DNA of 64,000 nt, from the NCBI RefSeq assembly GCF_037042905.1, contig NC_087249.1, forward strand, positions 49,538,001 to 49,602,000, read 5' to 3'. The notes under the pieces were generated by a model that was not told the origin of the DNA, did not search any database, and worked only from the letters and a program-made list of their open reading frames with translations. Of the stretch, positions 1-12,737 are shown in pieces. The stretch comes from Lytechinus pictus. Its lineage: Eukaryota. Made by a program: the position numbers and the translations under genes. The first letter of the stretch is position 1, and the number at the start of each line of letters is the position of its first letter.

Positions 1-29
1 TTTACAGTGTATACTTCTTAAATTTTCAG

Positions 30-3000
30 GTAAATAATCTGGAACCCCCCTTTGGTTCGTGCGAAGATAAAGAATTAAAATACTTTGATCACTACGGCTA
101 TGCGGAGTGCGACCATGAATGCAAAGGCGACTTCTATATTGAACACTGCGGCTGCGTACCTTGGGCTGCTCCGGGTGAGTTGAAAAACTTAATTTAAACG
201 TGGGCTTAATATTCTTCACATGTCAAGTTCAACTAAATAGACCTTTTGCATGTGACGTAATAATCTCATAGCGCCCTCCCTCAGAGGATACAGGAATACA
301 CGTAAACATGGTAAACAGAGTTGTCAGAGATGCACCAGCTGAAGATCACCAATGCATGCCACGCAATGGCATGGACCTCTAAGATGGTATGAATGTACGA
401 ATTTTGTATTAATGGAAGAAAGGAGTGGAGTTAACGGAGTTATAAAATATAAAAAAGAGGCATTCATCAAAATCGAATGGAAATTAACGAAGTTACGCCA
501 TATACACACCGGAATATTAACTTTAAAGCATAATTTATTTGTGGACTGGAGGTGAATTATGGTACAGAACGATTATTAAAAGCTTGCGTAGCTCTCATGA
601 TACTCATATACTTTGGGATTTTTCCAATCCTTCCGACCATAAACAGAAGAGAATATTATCCATGATATTTTCAAGTGATTTTGTGTCAACATGAATAAGA
701 ATTATTATACGTAACACCAGCTAAGGGATACTAATTTTAGTTTCGATCATTTTTTATAATTTCATCAACAGAAAACGATTCTTTAGTGGAGTGCAACAAC
801 TGGGAACTATATACTTGTGTTTTTCCAAATTCCGGTAAGACCATTTTGTAGTTGAATCTAATCATGGTTATTTGATTTTTTTTTTCAGATGATTAAGTTT
901 TTCTTATTTAATCTGTAGTTTATTGCAACCTTTTCCAATAAGTGAACTTTGTGATATTGTTTTGTTTGATCCAAAAATGCTTAGAAAATATATACACATG
1001 TTAAGATTTGAATATCGAGGTGAGGGGATCGCCCCTCCCCGAAAAAAAAATCGACCCCGTCCCCCTGGATCGCTACCTGTGGTACCATTTCACTTGGAAA
1101 TCTACAACCCTTCCCCTTCTCTACCACTCGCAAAATATAGAGTCTGATACAATATGCCCGTTTTTTGAAGAACTTTCCCCTCAGTACTTTTTCGTTTCAT
1201 TACTTTGTATGCATGCAGCGCTGTTTGTAACCAACCATACTTGCGATTGTCCAGTGCCTTGTAGTTTTCGGACCTACAAGCCTACAGTCTCGACGACGCA
1301 GTTCCCGTCGACGTTCTGGACCAATGTCTATTCTGCGCTATATGGTTTTCCTGCAGAGGTTTTTCCGTGAGTATAAAAGGGATATAGCGTCAAATCAAGT
1401 TAATCAGAATAAAAAATGGCAAAATAAGATGAAGTTATCGCTCCGTCGTTTGTTACATGGGAGGGTGATTGATAGATGTTTCAAAATATTTATAATTGAC
1501 AAAGAGTATGTACTATCATCAGAATGAGTAAAATGAGATGTTTTGGAGTGTATCTTAGTGTTAAAAGGGGAAGGATTGTTCGTGTGTGACATCACAAGCT
1601 TGATTGCATTGCCAGTGGAATGATCTCCACGGCATTAGTAACCTCGACGTTAATGCTCATAACTGTCCTATTGTTTGCCCAATCTTTCTCAAACTTTAAT
1701 TTATCTGATTCTTCTATTTTTTTAACAATCTGAATTGTTCCAAGGGTTTCAGTCTCCTCTGAACTCCACCATCTTTTGGTCAATATGAAGACAGTGACGT
1801 TCGGAGAATTCAAGAACAGATAAAATGTATTGTAAAGTGCTCTTCATGACAAAGAACAGCCAATAAGTCTTTGTCGAAAATTGGTGAATCAAGATAGTGA
1901 TTTAGTCATTGACTCTGGACAAACGACACATTTGTAATTTTTTGTCAGCTCTGAAACTTAGGACGAAACTGCTGTTCCGGTTTTGCGACAGAGACCTCTC
2001 AGCTATTCTTTGTCAAACTTTTGACCGGCATTTATATGGTGGCCATGAAAGGACATCGCAATAGACCAAATCGCGGATATTGACGACGAAATTCACGACG
2101 TCGCGAATTTTTTTGCTTGCTTGGGCGGTCCTCATACAAGCGCCAAAAGACAGCTATGATTTCGTGTCGAACACGTGCATGTTGGCATGGGCTTGGCACT
2201 GAATTAAGAAATGAGACATATCGATCTAGCCTGCTGGTATTCTTCAACAACTTACTTAGAATTAGATTTGTCTATAGGCGATGGCAGCCTTAGATCTTAC
2301 AAATCTACATACTTATTGCACTTTTTACAAAAGGATCATAATTTGAAGTTAAACCTACCATTTTCACAGAAAATGTCGTGAATTTCGTGGTAAAATTCGC
2401 GACGAAATCGGCGACATCGTGAATATTTTCGCGAATTTCACGACGAATTGGCGACGTCGTGAATCTCGTCAATATTCGCGATTGGTCTATTTGCGATGCC
2501 CCTTCAGTAGTCTGCAGGCACAGATCCTGATTGAAACTTTGATCAACAAGAGTGCCTCCACGCAAAGACTAGCACATACAAAACAGCCTTTAGTACACAA
2601 GGCATGAGTAGGCTGCACATTCAAACCCTTAACTCGAGTGTAGGGCCACCATGCATTTTCAATACATGTACTTTGTTCGTAGATCCGTTGCGCGTTGTGG
2701 AAGCGAAGAATTGTCTGATCAATAATACATACATGTTCTCTCTTCCTCTCTCTCTCGTTTTCTTTTTCAAACAGGGAAAATATATGTTATCTATCGATAT
2801 ACTTTCAAGAGATGAGTATTCAACAGATAAATCAACAGGTTGATTATACGTTCTTCAGTTTACTTTGTAAGTCCACTCCTCATGCACTTCTTTTTAATGT
2901 TTGAATCCCTCCCCCTCCCCCTCCCTCCCTCCCTCTCCCCTCTCTCTCACTGGGGTCAAGGGAGCAAAAACGAAATTTGTCAAACAGCATTTTCAAAGTG

Positions 3001-3389
3001 TGTTCATAGTATATTTACATAATGAACTATGTGACAATCGGCTTCACGCTGTTAAAATACTCATATTTCCCCTTTCTAGTCAACAGTGTGAAAATGATTT
3101 CACATTGTGTTCCGCACTGTGAACACACTGCAGTATGATTTTTGCATGTTTGCTACACAATCTTTCCCATGTTTAAATATCCATAAGAATAAGTAGTTAA
3201 TATGTATTTTTTTTCGACTTGCTTTCATCAATAATTCTACAATATATTCTATTTTTTTTTATTCTAGGTGACATTGGCGGCTCTCTCGGACTGTGGCTCG
3301 GCGGCAGCGTACTCACTGTATTTGAATTTTGCGATCTTTTTAGTAATTCAATTTATGTCTACACGAAACGAGTGCCAAATAGATTTTGA
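30..3389 (+). CDS. DEG/ENaC (ASIC-like) channel subunit, paralogue A, 3' part only. Exons 30-174, 772-834, 1219-1366, 2775-2866, 3268-3389; the 5' exons lie before the window
   Basis: GT-AG exons join in frame: VNNLEPPFGSCEDKELKYFDHYGYAECDHECKGDFYIEHCGCVPWAAP-ENDSLVECNNWELYTCVFPNS-ALFVTNHTCDCPVPCSFRTYKPTVSTTQFPS...-ENICYLSIYFQEMSIQQINQQVDYTFFSLL-CDIGGSLGLWLGGSVLTVFEFCDLF...RF*. This is the Cys-rich thumb plus TM2 with a GxS filter. Exon lengths 145/63/148/92 match paralogue B. Confidence 0.93.
2046..2506. mobile_element. MITE with long imperfect terminal inverted repeats
   Basis: gaaaggacatcgcaatagaccaaatcgcggatattgacga ... tcgtcaatattcgcgattggtctatttgcgatgccccttc. Confidence 0.7.
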
Positions 3390-4529
3390 CACTATCAATG
3401 CCCATTGAAAATACGTTTTATTTTGTAAGATTATGATAAGTCTTTCAAAATGCAATTTCGTCGGAAGGCAGCACATACATAGATAACTTAACTTTGTGTA
3501 TGTCTTTGAGTAAGGGCGGGGCCACGAGGGGCAAAGAGCTCACACCTGTGATTCTTCAAGTTGTGGGGGGGGGGGGGGGATGACGAGAAAAAGAAAAAAA
3601 AAGAGGGGAAGACAAAATGGAGAAAAATAAAGAGTGTGAAAAGAGAGTTCTGCACCAAGTGAGAGAAAAAGGTTACCTCGCCCCCATCAAAATACCCTGG
3701 TATTATTAATTGTCTGGTTCATAATTATCAGTTAGAACCAGGCCAATAATACATTAATTGGACTAATTATATATTCATGAAGCCATATTCTGGGACCCCA
3801 TGGGCCGATTCCCCGCCAAATTTGGGTTGTGAGGATATTTCATCACGCTCTACCGAAATATGGAATCGCATATGCTGGAATGAAAAATTGGAATATTGAT
3901 GTTTATTTTATGTTTTGTTCATCACCACCTTGCGGTACTATATTTTATACTTTATCCTTTATCACCTTGAAATATGAAAAGTGATACTCTGACGATAAAT
4001 TGAGTACAATAGGTCTCGTCATAATAAATCAGGTTATATATCGCCTCTGAATTCTCTATTTGTGTGATTTTTTTACTCCTTGTACGCCAAATAATGATTT
4101 TGACAAATGTCATTTTTGTATATTATTTTGCAGATATACTGTATATACATGCATTCATATGGAGTTTAAAAAAAGAAATACAGATATCTAACTATTTTCT
4201 GAAAATGTTGTATCATACTGTATTCGAAGATTATGCAATAAATCATACATCTTTCAAAATACATATTGTCTGGAAGTAAATGTTTTGTGAGTGATGTCTT
4301 TGATTTGTAAGAACAGAGTTTGCGTGTTGTTTATGAAAATAGTAAATAATGCTATTTAGGGAGGTGAGGAATGTGATGATGCATGATATTGTTGCTACAA
4401 TGCACAATGTAGATGGTACTATGAAACCAGCAAGAAGCAACGTGTCAAGAATTGATTGTTTGCAAAATACTTTAAATGCATTAAAATAATAGAGATGTAT
4501 ATTACGTATTTAATTATAGATTACAACTT

Positions 4530-4765
4530 TACTACCTCTACTACTAATGCTACTACTACTACTGCTACTACTACTACTACTTCTACTTCTACTATTACTA
4601 TATACTACTACTACTACTACTACTACTACTACCACTACTACTGCTGCTGCATGCTGCCGCTCCTCTTCCTCCTACTTCTACTACTACTACTTCTACTATA
4701 CCACTACTACTAGGCCTATTACAACTATTACTACTACTACTACTGTACCACCACCACCATTATGA
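4530..4765. repeat. (TAC)n degenerate microsatellite
   Basis: Direct inspection; source of the spurious poly-L/T/Y ORFs. Confidence 0.95.
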
Positions 4766-4958
4766 CTATTAGATTATGATTGATTTGTCAGATATTACAT
4801 AATTTTCTTTGCTCCTGAACTCTCTCTCTCTCTCTCACACATTTTTCCCCCTCTCTCTTTCTCTCTCTCTGTCTGCCTCTGTCCTCCTTTCTCTCTCTCC
4901 CTCTCTTACCATGTCCTTTTACTTTCTCATTATGAGTCTTATTTTGATGTGCATATAT

Positions 4959-5219
4959 TGTGACGAGTTAATAATACACGTTTAAGTCTGGAGGACAGAC
5001 TAGAAAAAGGATATATCGCTATGTGAACAACGGACTTGTGAATCTGAATCGTCATGTATATATGTTTGTATATAAACTGTTTTAAAACGATTTGACATGG
5101 CGTGGCTTGTTTGCTAATTCAGGAGTGTCTGAATGGAGAACAAGATTCAGGAGGTTTACGTTGGAGTTTGTCCAGGACAGGTAACAATAAGAGCTTGTAT
5201 GGACCAGCAAACCGTAACA
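4959..5219 (+). repeat. 5' LTR (261 bp) of the Gmr1-like element
   Basis: Direct repeat of 11543-11802; starts TGTGACG, ends CGTAACA. Confidence 0.97.
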
Positions 5220-5220
5220 G

Positions 5221-5234
5221 TGGGGGCTTGTCCG
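5221..5234 (+). other. Primer-binding site, tRNA-Pro type
   Basis: TGGGGGCTTGTCCG lies 1 nt after the LTR and is complementary to the tRNA-Pro 3' end (canonical TGGGGGCTCGTCCG) with one G-U substitution. Confidence 0.85.
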
Positions 5235-5915
5235 TGAGTCAATCCTCCGCCTAACAGTGGGGGCTTGGTGAGAGTCGAACCAGAACTCTCGGCGTAAGTT
5301 GTATCGAAGTACCGTATACCGTATAATGCTAGCGCCGGCGCGACAAAGTCGCATGAACGTATTCGGAGAGTGTGCAATCGTATTCAACGTTCAAGAATGT
5401 CATTAGACATTTGCATGGGTGTGTGTACACGTAGATGTAATGCTAGTGTGTGGATATCGCTGTCAGTGTTGTGTATGACGCTGTGTGGTGGCTCACAAGG
5501 TTGAGTATGGCGTGCCGTTTGTCCCATAGGCAATTCCATGTATTTCAGTGTGTCTCGCTGTGAGATGTGTTTTGTTCACGTAGAGTTGAATGAAATTTGG
5601 GTTGATGATATTTCAACTGGTTAACCATTTTTTAAGGGTTGCTGTGTCGGTTGATGGAAACTGACAGTGTCGACTGGAGTCAAGTTGACAAAAAAAAAAA
5701 AAATTTCAACTGGGGTGACCGAGTCAGGTTACCGTTTCTGTAGGTTGAGGTCATATCTACAGGGTCAGCCAGGTCAGGTTGACATTTTCTTATGTGGTTG
5801 ATATAATTTTCAACTGTGATAACCGTATTGGTTATTGTCTTGGCTAAGAATTAAAGGTTTTCTTTAGCTGTTTCTAGTCTTTTCAGCGTTAAAGATTAGG
5901 GATCTTTTGGTGACC

Positions 5916-8900
5916 ATGGCGGAATTTTCTTTGGACGATTTCGTTGATTCTCCCAGTGTTGAGAAGTTGCTGGTTCTGAAGAAGGTTCATCTCTTGGAGA
6001 TTGCTCATCATTACCAGGTTGCTGAGGTAAGGACTACTTGGCGTAAATTAGAAATTCTGAAAGCTGTAATTCAGTGGTTAGTGGAAGAGGAAGATGTTCT
6101 GCCACTTGAGGCTTTATCTAAGGTTCCGATTGAGTCTGTGAATGTGGACTTGACAGAACAATTACGTTTAAAAGAGTTGGAATTAGAGATAGCGAAAGTT
6201 GAACTTGAACGAGAACAAGTAGTTTTGAGAAGGGAGCATGAGAATGCTAGAGAAAGAGAAGAAATTAGGCAAGTAAAGTCTGATTTTGATGTTGCGAAAC
6301 ATGTTCGAATGGTTCCCGTTTTTCAGGAGGGGGAGGAGATAGAGAAATATTTCCTTCACTTTGAAAAGGTAGCTGTTAGTTTGAGTTGGCCGCAAGAAAA
6401 ATGGTCACACTTGTTACAATCTCAGTTGAAGGGTAAAGCTCGAGATGCTTATTCAGCTTTGTCAGTTGATGATGCGGGTCGTTATGACGTTGTAAAAGCA
6501 GCAGTGTTGCGTGCTTATGAGCTTGTACCGGAGGCGTACGTCAACAATTTCGGAAAACGCGCAAAGATGAGACCGAAACTCATCTTGAGTTTGCTAGGCG
6601 CAAACAACAGTTGTTTGATAGATGGAGTTCGTCACTCCATGCAGATAGCTTTGATAAGCTTAGAGAAATAATTCTTCTCGAAGAGTTTAAGCGTAGTGTG
6701 CATTTCGATGTTCGGTTGCATCTTGAAGAGCAGCAAATAGGAACGCTTAATGAAGCAGCGAAGCTTGCAGATGATTATGCGCTAACGCACAAAATCACAA
6801 ACAAAAAATCAGATGAGACAAACAAATCTGGAAAGTGGAAAAACAAAAACAAAAATGGTGCTTCAGCACACAACAAGAAAGAAGTAAAAGCACGATCTAA
6901 AGATGACGAGCAAGAAAAGAAATGCTATGCATGTCACAAGGTTGGTCATTTTAAAGCAAAGTGTCCTACACTTAAAGGAAAAACAAGTGAATCAAGTAAT
7001 GCACATCCAAATGCATTTGTGAAAAATTTGCTAAGTTCAGAGAGTAGGATTGAGCCAGTTAACTTAGAGAAAGTGAAAAAGCAATATGAACCGTTTGTTT
7101 CTGTAGGATATGTTTCCCTAGCTGGTAGTGTCGAAGCAAGAAAAGTGAAAGTGTTGCGTGATACTGGTTCTTCTCAGTCTTTGATTTTGGAGAGTGTGTT
7201 GCCTTTTGGTGAGAAATCTTGTGTTGGAACTAGTGTTTTGCTCCAAGGAATAGGAGATGGCTTTGTAAAAGCACCCCTTCATGTGGTAAACTTGAAATCA
7301 GACCTTGTTTCTGGTAGTGTGAAAATGGCTGTGAGACCATCACTTCCGGTGGCAGATGTTTCCATCATTTTAGGGAATGATCTTGCTGGTGATAAAGTTG
7401 TGCCATGTCCAGTTGTGAGTGCTATTCCGTGTGAGAGTAGTAAAACAGAGCAGTTGGTTGCAGAATTTCCTACTGTGTTTCCGTCTTGTGCTGTAACTCG
7501 TTCGATGGCAAAGAAAGTAGAGTCTGAATCGAAGTCTAGTGAGCTAGATGAAGTTAACTTGGGAGATTCTTTCTTTTGTCGTTTGGTTGATGATGAATGT
7601 GAATCAAATGTGAATGAGGGTGCAGGAGAAACTCAAAGTACAGAAGAGAAAAATAAATGTGAACCAATGCCGATAAGTAAGAGTAAGTTGTTGGAGGAAC
7701 AACAAAAAGATCCTCAGTTAGTATCCATGTTTGAGAGAGCGATCTCAGAAGAGGAGGCATTGACCGTGCCTGTTTGTTATTATACGAAGTCAGGTGTTTT
7801 GATGAGAAAGTGGAGGCCGATAGATGTTCCTGCTGATGAAGTTTGGAAAGAGGTCCACCAGATTGTAGTTCCTTCTACTTATAGGCCGGAAATACTTAGT
7901 CTTGCTCATGAAGCACCACTTGCAGGTCACTTGGGAGTCTATAAGACTCGGGAGAAAATCCTTTCTCATTTCTTTTGGCCGGGTTTACAAAAGGATGTTG
8001 CAAACTATTGCAGAAATTGTCATGTATGTCAGGTAGTAGGTAAACCGAATCAGAAAATACCAGTCGCGCCATTAAAACCAGTGCCAGCGTTCGATGAACC
8101 GTTTGCAAGAATTATCATAGATTGCGTAGGTCCGCTTCCGAGGACAAAAGCGGGTAATGAATTCCTGTTTACCATTATGTGCGCAAGTACCAGGTATGTC
8201 GAAGCGATTCCACTTAGACGTATCACCGCAAACAATGTGAGCAAGGCGCTGATCAAGTTTTTCACGACTGTAGGATTACCGCGTACCGTTCAGTCTGATC
8301 AAGGATCAAACTTTATGTCGAAAGTCTTTAAGCAAGTGCTAGGGCAGTTAGGGATTGAACATGTAGTTTCTAGTGCATACCATCCTGAATCGCAAGGAGC
8401 ACTTGAGAGATGTCATCAGACACTCAAGAACATGCTCAAAACATATTGTTTGGAGACAGAGAAACAATGGGATGAGGGAATTCCATTGTTGCTATTTGCT
8501 TTGAGAGAATCTGTTCAAGAATCTCTTGGTTTCAGCCCATTTCAGCTCGTGTATGGACATGAAGTCCGTGGACCCCTCAGGTTGTTGAGTGAAAGGTTGT
8601 TGTCAGATGAGGAAGATGTGAATATGTTAGACTACGTATCGTCTTTCCGTGAGAGATTGCATCGTGCTTGTGAAGTTGCTAGGAAGAATTTGTCTGATTC
8701 TCAGGAGAAAATGAAGTCTTGGTATGACAAGAAGTCCATGGAAAGGAATTTCAAGGCAGGTGATGAAGTTTTGGTTTTGTTACCAGTAGTTGGTAATGCT
8801 TTGCAGGCTAGATTTTCTGGACCGTATACCATTATGAAGAAAGTTGGTGATGTTGACTATGTCGTCAAAACTCCAGATAGAAGAAAAACAAAGCGTGTAT

Positions 8901-10462
8901 GTCATGTGAATATGATAAAAGCCTATGTTCGAAGAGATGATGAAAAGAGAGCACAACCAGTGTTGAGTGCTGTAGAATCTGAGCTAAATGATGAAAGTGA
9001 AGAGATGTGTAAAATTGAGAGAGATGAACCATGTGTGAAGTTGAAAAATTCAGAAGTTCTAACACACATCAATGACAAACTAACCCACTTGTCTGAGAAG
9101 GAGAGGAGGGATGTGAAAGAGCTGTTGAATGAGTATCCGCAGTTATTTGCAGATATCCCATCTCGTACTGATGTTGTTGAACATGATGTTGATGTGGGAG
9201 ATACCGCCCCAATCAAGCAGGCACCTTATCGTGCTAACCCAGTAAAGATGAAGAATCTTGAAAAAGAAATAGAGTACATGCTGCAGAATGGCATCATCGA
9301 GCCAAGTAGCAGCGCATGGTCGTCGCCATGCATCTTAGTTCCGAAACCGGATAAGTCGTATCGTTTCTGTACCGACTACAGAAAAGTCAATTCGAGTACA
9401 AAGACCGATTCTTTCCCGATACCGCGCGTAGATGATTGTATTGACCGTATAGGCAAGGCGAAGTATGTGAGCAAATTCGATCTGCTTAAAGGCTATTGGC
9501 AGATTCCGTTGACTAAGAGAGCGCAAGAAATCTCTGCATTTGCTACACCTCAAGGCCTATTCCATTACACTGTGATGCCATTCGGTATGAAAAATGCGCC
9601 GGCTACATTCCAAAGACTTGTGAATAGTCTTGTCTCTGGTCTTGAAGGCTGTGAAGCTTACATAGATGACTTGATTGTGTATAGTGAAGATTGGGAAGTC
9701 CATGTACAAAGAATCAGAGATTTGTTCAGGAGATTGTCTGATGCCAAATTGACAGTCAACTTGGCAAAGAGTGAGTTTGGAGGTGCTACTGTTAGTTTCT
9801 TGGGTCACGTTGTTGGTTCAGGTCATGTTCGACCACTCTCAGCGAAGGTAGAAGCTATTCTGGCGTTCCCGACTCCAACCAACCGGAAGGAACTGATGAG
9901 GTTTCTTGGCATGGCAGGCTACTACAGACGATTCTGCCATAACTTCTCTGATGTCGTCGCCCCGCTGACCAATCTACTACGCAAGGAGGTGAAGTTCATC
10001 TGGTCCAGTGACTGTCAGAGTGCTTTTGACAAAGTGAAAGCACTCCTATCTACCAATCCTGTACTGGTGGCTCCAGATTTTAGTCAGCCATTCTCTCTGA
10101 TGGTTGACGCTAGTGATGTGGGTGCCGGAGCTGTTCTTACGCAGAAAGATGAACAGGGAACAGACAGGCCCATATCGTTCTTCTCGAGGAAGTTTTCGAG
10201 CAGTCAGAGAAATTATTCCACTGTGGAGAAGGAAACTTTGGCGTTAATCTTTGCACTGCAACACTTCGAAGTGTATGTGAGTGGATCTCAACATGCATTG
10301 GACATATGGACAGATCATAATCCTTTGACGTTTCTAAGTAAGATGAAAAACAAAAATCAAAGACTTACAAGGTGGAGTCTACTGCTCCAAGAGTACAACT
10401 TGAACATTAGACATCTACCGGGAAAAGACAACATTATTGCAGACACATTGTCGCGAGTGTAA
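5916..10462 (+). CDS. Gag-Pol polyprotein of the Gmr1-like element, about 1515 aa once a single 1-nt frameshift at ~6539 is repaired
   Basis: accATGg start. Gag with SCAN-like capsid region (AVLRAYELVPEAY[RQQFR]...LREIILLEEF) and knuckle CYACHKVGHFKAKC. Protease LRDTGS. Integrase HHCC (AH...GH...CHVC) and DDE (IIDCVG, SDQG, GALER). RT YIDD, then RNase H (VDAS, VEKE, TDH, ADTLSR). Confidence 0.93.
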
Positions 10463-11531
10463 ACAAAATCCTAAACTTTGACCAATTTGATAACATGGAC
10501 TTTGTGTGAACTTTGAACTCTGGGCAATTGAAGTTTAACGTCGTGTGTATCAATGTGAAATTCGGACAATAAAAGTTTGATATCATCAATGTGATAAACT
10601 TTGAACGTTTGTCATCGTGTTATGTCATCGTGACGTTTGAGCAGTGAACATTTGACAGCGTGTTGATTCATCGTGACATTTGAACTGTGAACGTTTGATA
10701 TTGTGTATAATCAAGGTGAAATTTGGAAACTGCACTTTCTGTGAACTGTGGAACTTGAAACTTATTTCATCATGTGAATTTATACCTAAATGCTTACTTG
10801 TCATCTCAACCTAATGGATACTCCGGAATGGACTCTCTACCATGTTTGATTTGAAAGTGAACTGAACTTGTGTTTTTTCTGGATTTCTGGATGCCAACTG
10901 TGCTCATGTTTACACTATGTGACTATATCTTGGATCAAGTAATCTGAACCTACTGTGAATCTTCATAAACATTCAATGAACCCTAACTGAAGCGATGATG
11001 TTGAACTTCGTTGAACTGAAACTATAATTGGAAGAAGATATTGGAAATCAGAAGTTTGAACTTACATCTTGAATGATTTCTCGTATTATTGACTTTTGGA
11101 TTAAGTGAAGCAATGCTTTTTATATTGCATTTCTCATAACACTTGGAAGTAATATCATGTATTTCTATGTTGATTATTCATATGAAATTTCTTATGACTA
11201 TGTTTATTACGAACATACATGTATTTCAGAACATGCGTGTACCTTTTGATGAATAAGTTTTACTACATGCATGCGCTATCAATACATGTCTGTTCTACTC
11301 ATTTCATATATACTATGTTTTATATTATGCTTATCTTTTGCCAAAGTATGCAAAATTGCTGCACAAAGAGCGTGAAATTGAAAAAAAGGCATTTCGATAT
11401 GTTTTAATGCACTAACTGTGTTTGGTTAAGCGCTATATTCATTGTGATAATGTTTGTTTATATTAACAAGCAAAATTTGAGTTGCGAACATACTTATTGC
11501 AATTTCTTTGAAAAATTATAAGCATGTTTTT

Positions 11532-11542
11532 AAGGAAGGGAG
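11532..11542 (+). other. Polypurine tract of the Gmr1-like element
   Basis: AAGGAAGGGAG immediately before the 3' LTR. Confidence 0.85.
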
Positions 11543-11802
11543 TGTGACGAGTTAATAATACACGTTTAAGTCTGGAGGACAGACTAGAAAAAGGATATAT
11601 CGCTATGTGAACAACGGACTTGTGAATCTGAATCGTCATGTATATATGTTTGTATATAAACTGTTTTAAAACGATTTGACATGGCGTGGCTTGTTTGCTA
11701 ATTCAGGAGTGTCTGAATGGAGAACAAGATTCAGGAGGTTTACGTTGGAGTTTGTCCAGGACAGGTAACAATAAGAGCTTGTATGGACCAGCAAACGTAA
11801 CA
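11543..11802 (+). repeat. 3' LTR (260 bp) of the Gmr1-like element
   Basis: Direct repeat of 4959-5219. Confidence 0.97.
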
Positions 11803-12049
11803 ATATGTCTTCTTTACTTAGGTTTTCTTTATGTTATGAATGATATGTTTTTAGATCATAATGCAGAACCCTGTGGAAGACCAGCGATTTTTTAATGAAC
11901 GTTTTAATTGTATATATTGTGTAATTTCACATATTTGTTTGTATAAAGCTGAACAGGCTATCCTGGTTAAAGATTTGAAATAAATAAATAAATAATACTA
12001 CTGCTGCTTTGTAAAATGTTCCTTCTATAATTACTACTTTTACTTCTCG

Positions 12050-12076
12050 CGCTACTTCCACTATTACCACTACTAT

Positions 12077-12111
<35 letters not shown>

Positions 12112-12140
12112 TTACTACTACTACTACTACTATACTACTT
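12050..12140. repeat. (TAC)n microsatellite running into the assembly gap
   Basis: Direct inspection. Confidence 0.9.
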
Positions 12141-12464
12141 NNNNNNNNNNNNNNNNNNNNNNNNNNNNNNNNNNNNNNNNNNNNNNNNNNNNNNNNNNNN
12201 NNNNNNNNNNNNNNNNNNNNNNNNNNNNNNNNNNNNNNNNNNNNNNNNNNNNNNNNNNNNNNNNNNNNNNNNNNNNNNNNNNNNNNNNNNNNNNNNNNNN
12301 NNNNNNNNNNNNNNNNNNNNNNNNNNNNNNNNNNNNNNNNNNNNNNNNNNNNNNNNNNNNNNNNNNNNNNNNNNNNNNNNNNNNNNNNNNNNNNNNNNNN
12401 NNNNNNNNNNNNNNNNNNNNNNNNNNNNNNNNNNNNNNNNNNNNNNNNNNNNNNNNNNNNNNNN
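12141..12464. other. Assembly gap (N run)
   Basis: Run of N. Confidence 0.99.
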
Positions 12465-12737
12465 CGTTGTGGCCCAGTGGATGAGTCTTCGGACTTTGAA
12501 ACAGAGGGTCGTGGGTTCGAATCCCCGCCATGGCATAATTTCCAATCGACCCACGTGAGGTGAATGGGTACCCGGCAGGATTTATTCCTTGAACGCTTTA
12601 GCGCCTATTAATATGGCGGCTTAGCTACAGCCTAGGTAATTATGATACCAAGTATCAACGCGCAGTTGAGTATATGCACATCGTAACTGCGCTATATAAA
12701 TGGACATATTACTACTACTACTACTACTACTACTACA
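12465..12737 (+). mobile_element. tRNA-derived SINE, 5' end abutting the gap
   Basis: A-box TGGCCCAGTGG, B-box GGTTCGAATCC, core gtgaatgggtacccggcag, L2-like tail gcgctatataaat followed by (TAC)n. Confidence 0.85.

Larger units (their letters stand above)
4959..11802 (+). mobile_element. Full-length Gmr1-like Ty3/Gypsy LTR retrotransposon
   Basis: TG...CA LTRs at 4959-5219 and 11543-11802 differ only by a 1-nt indel. 4-bp TSD ATAT at 4955-4958 and 11803-11806. PBS at 5221-5234, PPT at 11532-11542. Domain order is gag-PR-IN-RT-RH. Confidence 0.97.

Noticed and set aside
3300-3310. GGS selectivity filter as a novelty by itself
   Set aside because: It fits the G/S-x-S consensus and occurs in beta-ENaC; it is only interesting together with the HG loss.
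4456-4765. Poly-Leu/Thr/Tyr ORFs
   Set aside because: Translations of a (TAC)n microsatellite.
6540-6671. Programmed gag-pol ribosomal frameshift
   Set aside because: No slippery heptamer, the break is inside a conserved capsid motif, and a single missing C explains it.
7554-9808. Antisense ORFs inside the retrotransposon pol genes (also 57576-60964)
   Set aside because: Short shadow ORFs expected opposite long coding frames, with no motifs.
12465-12535. tRNA-Gln(TTG)-like gene
   Set aside because: Followed by the SINE core and L2-like tail, and the stems are imperfect.
12130-12554. ORFs containing X runs
   Set aside because: They span the N gap.
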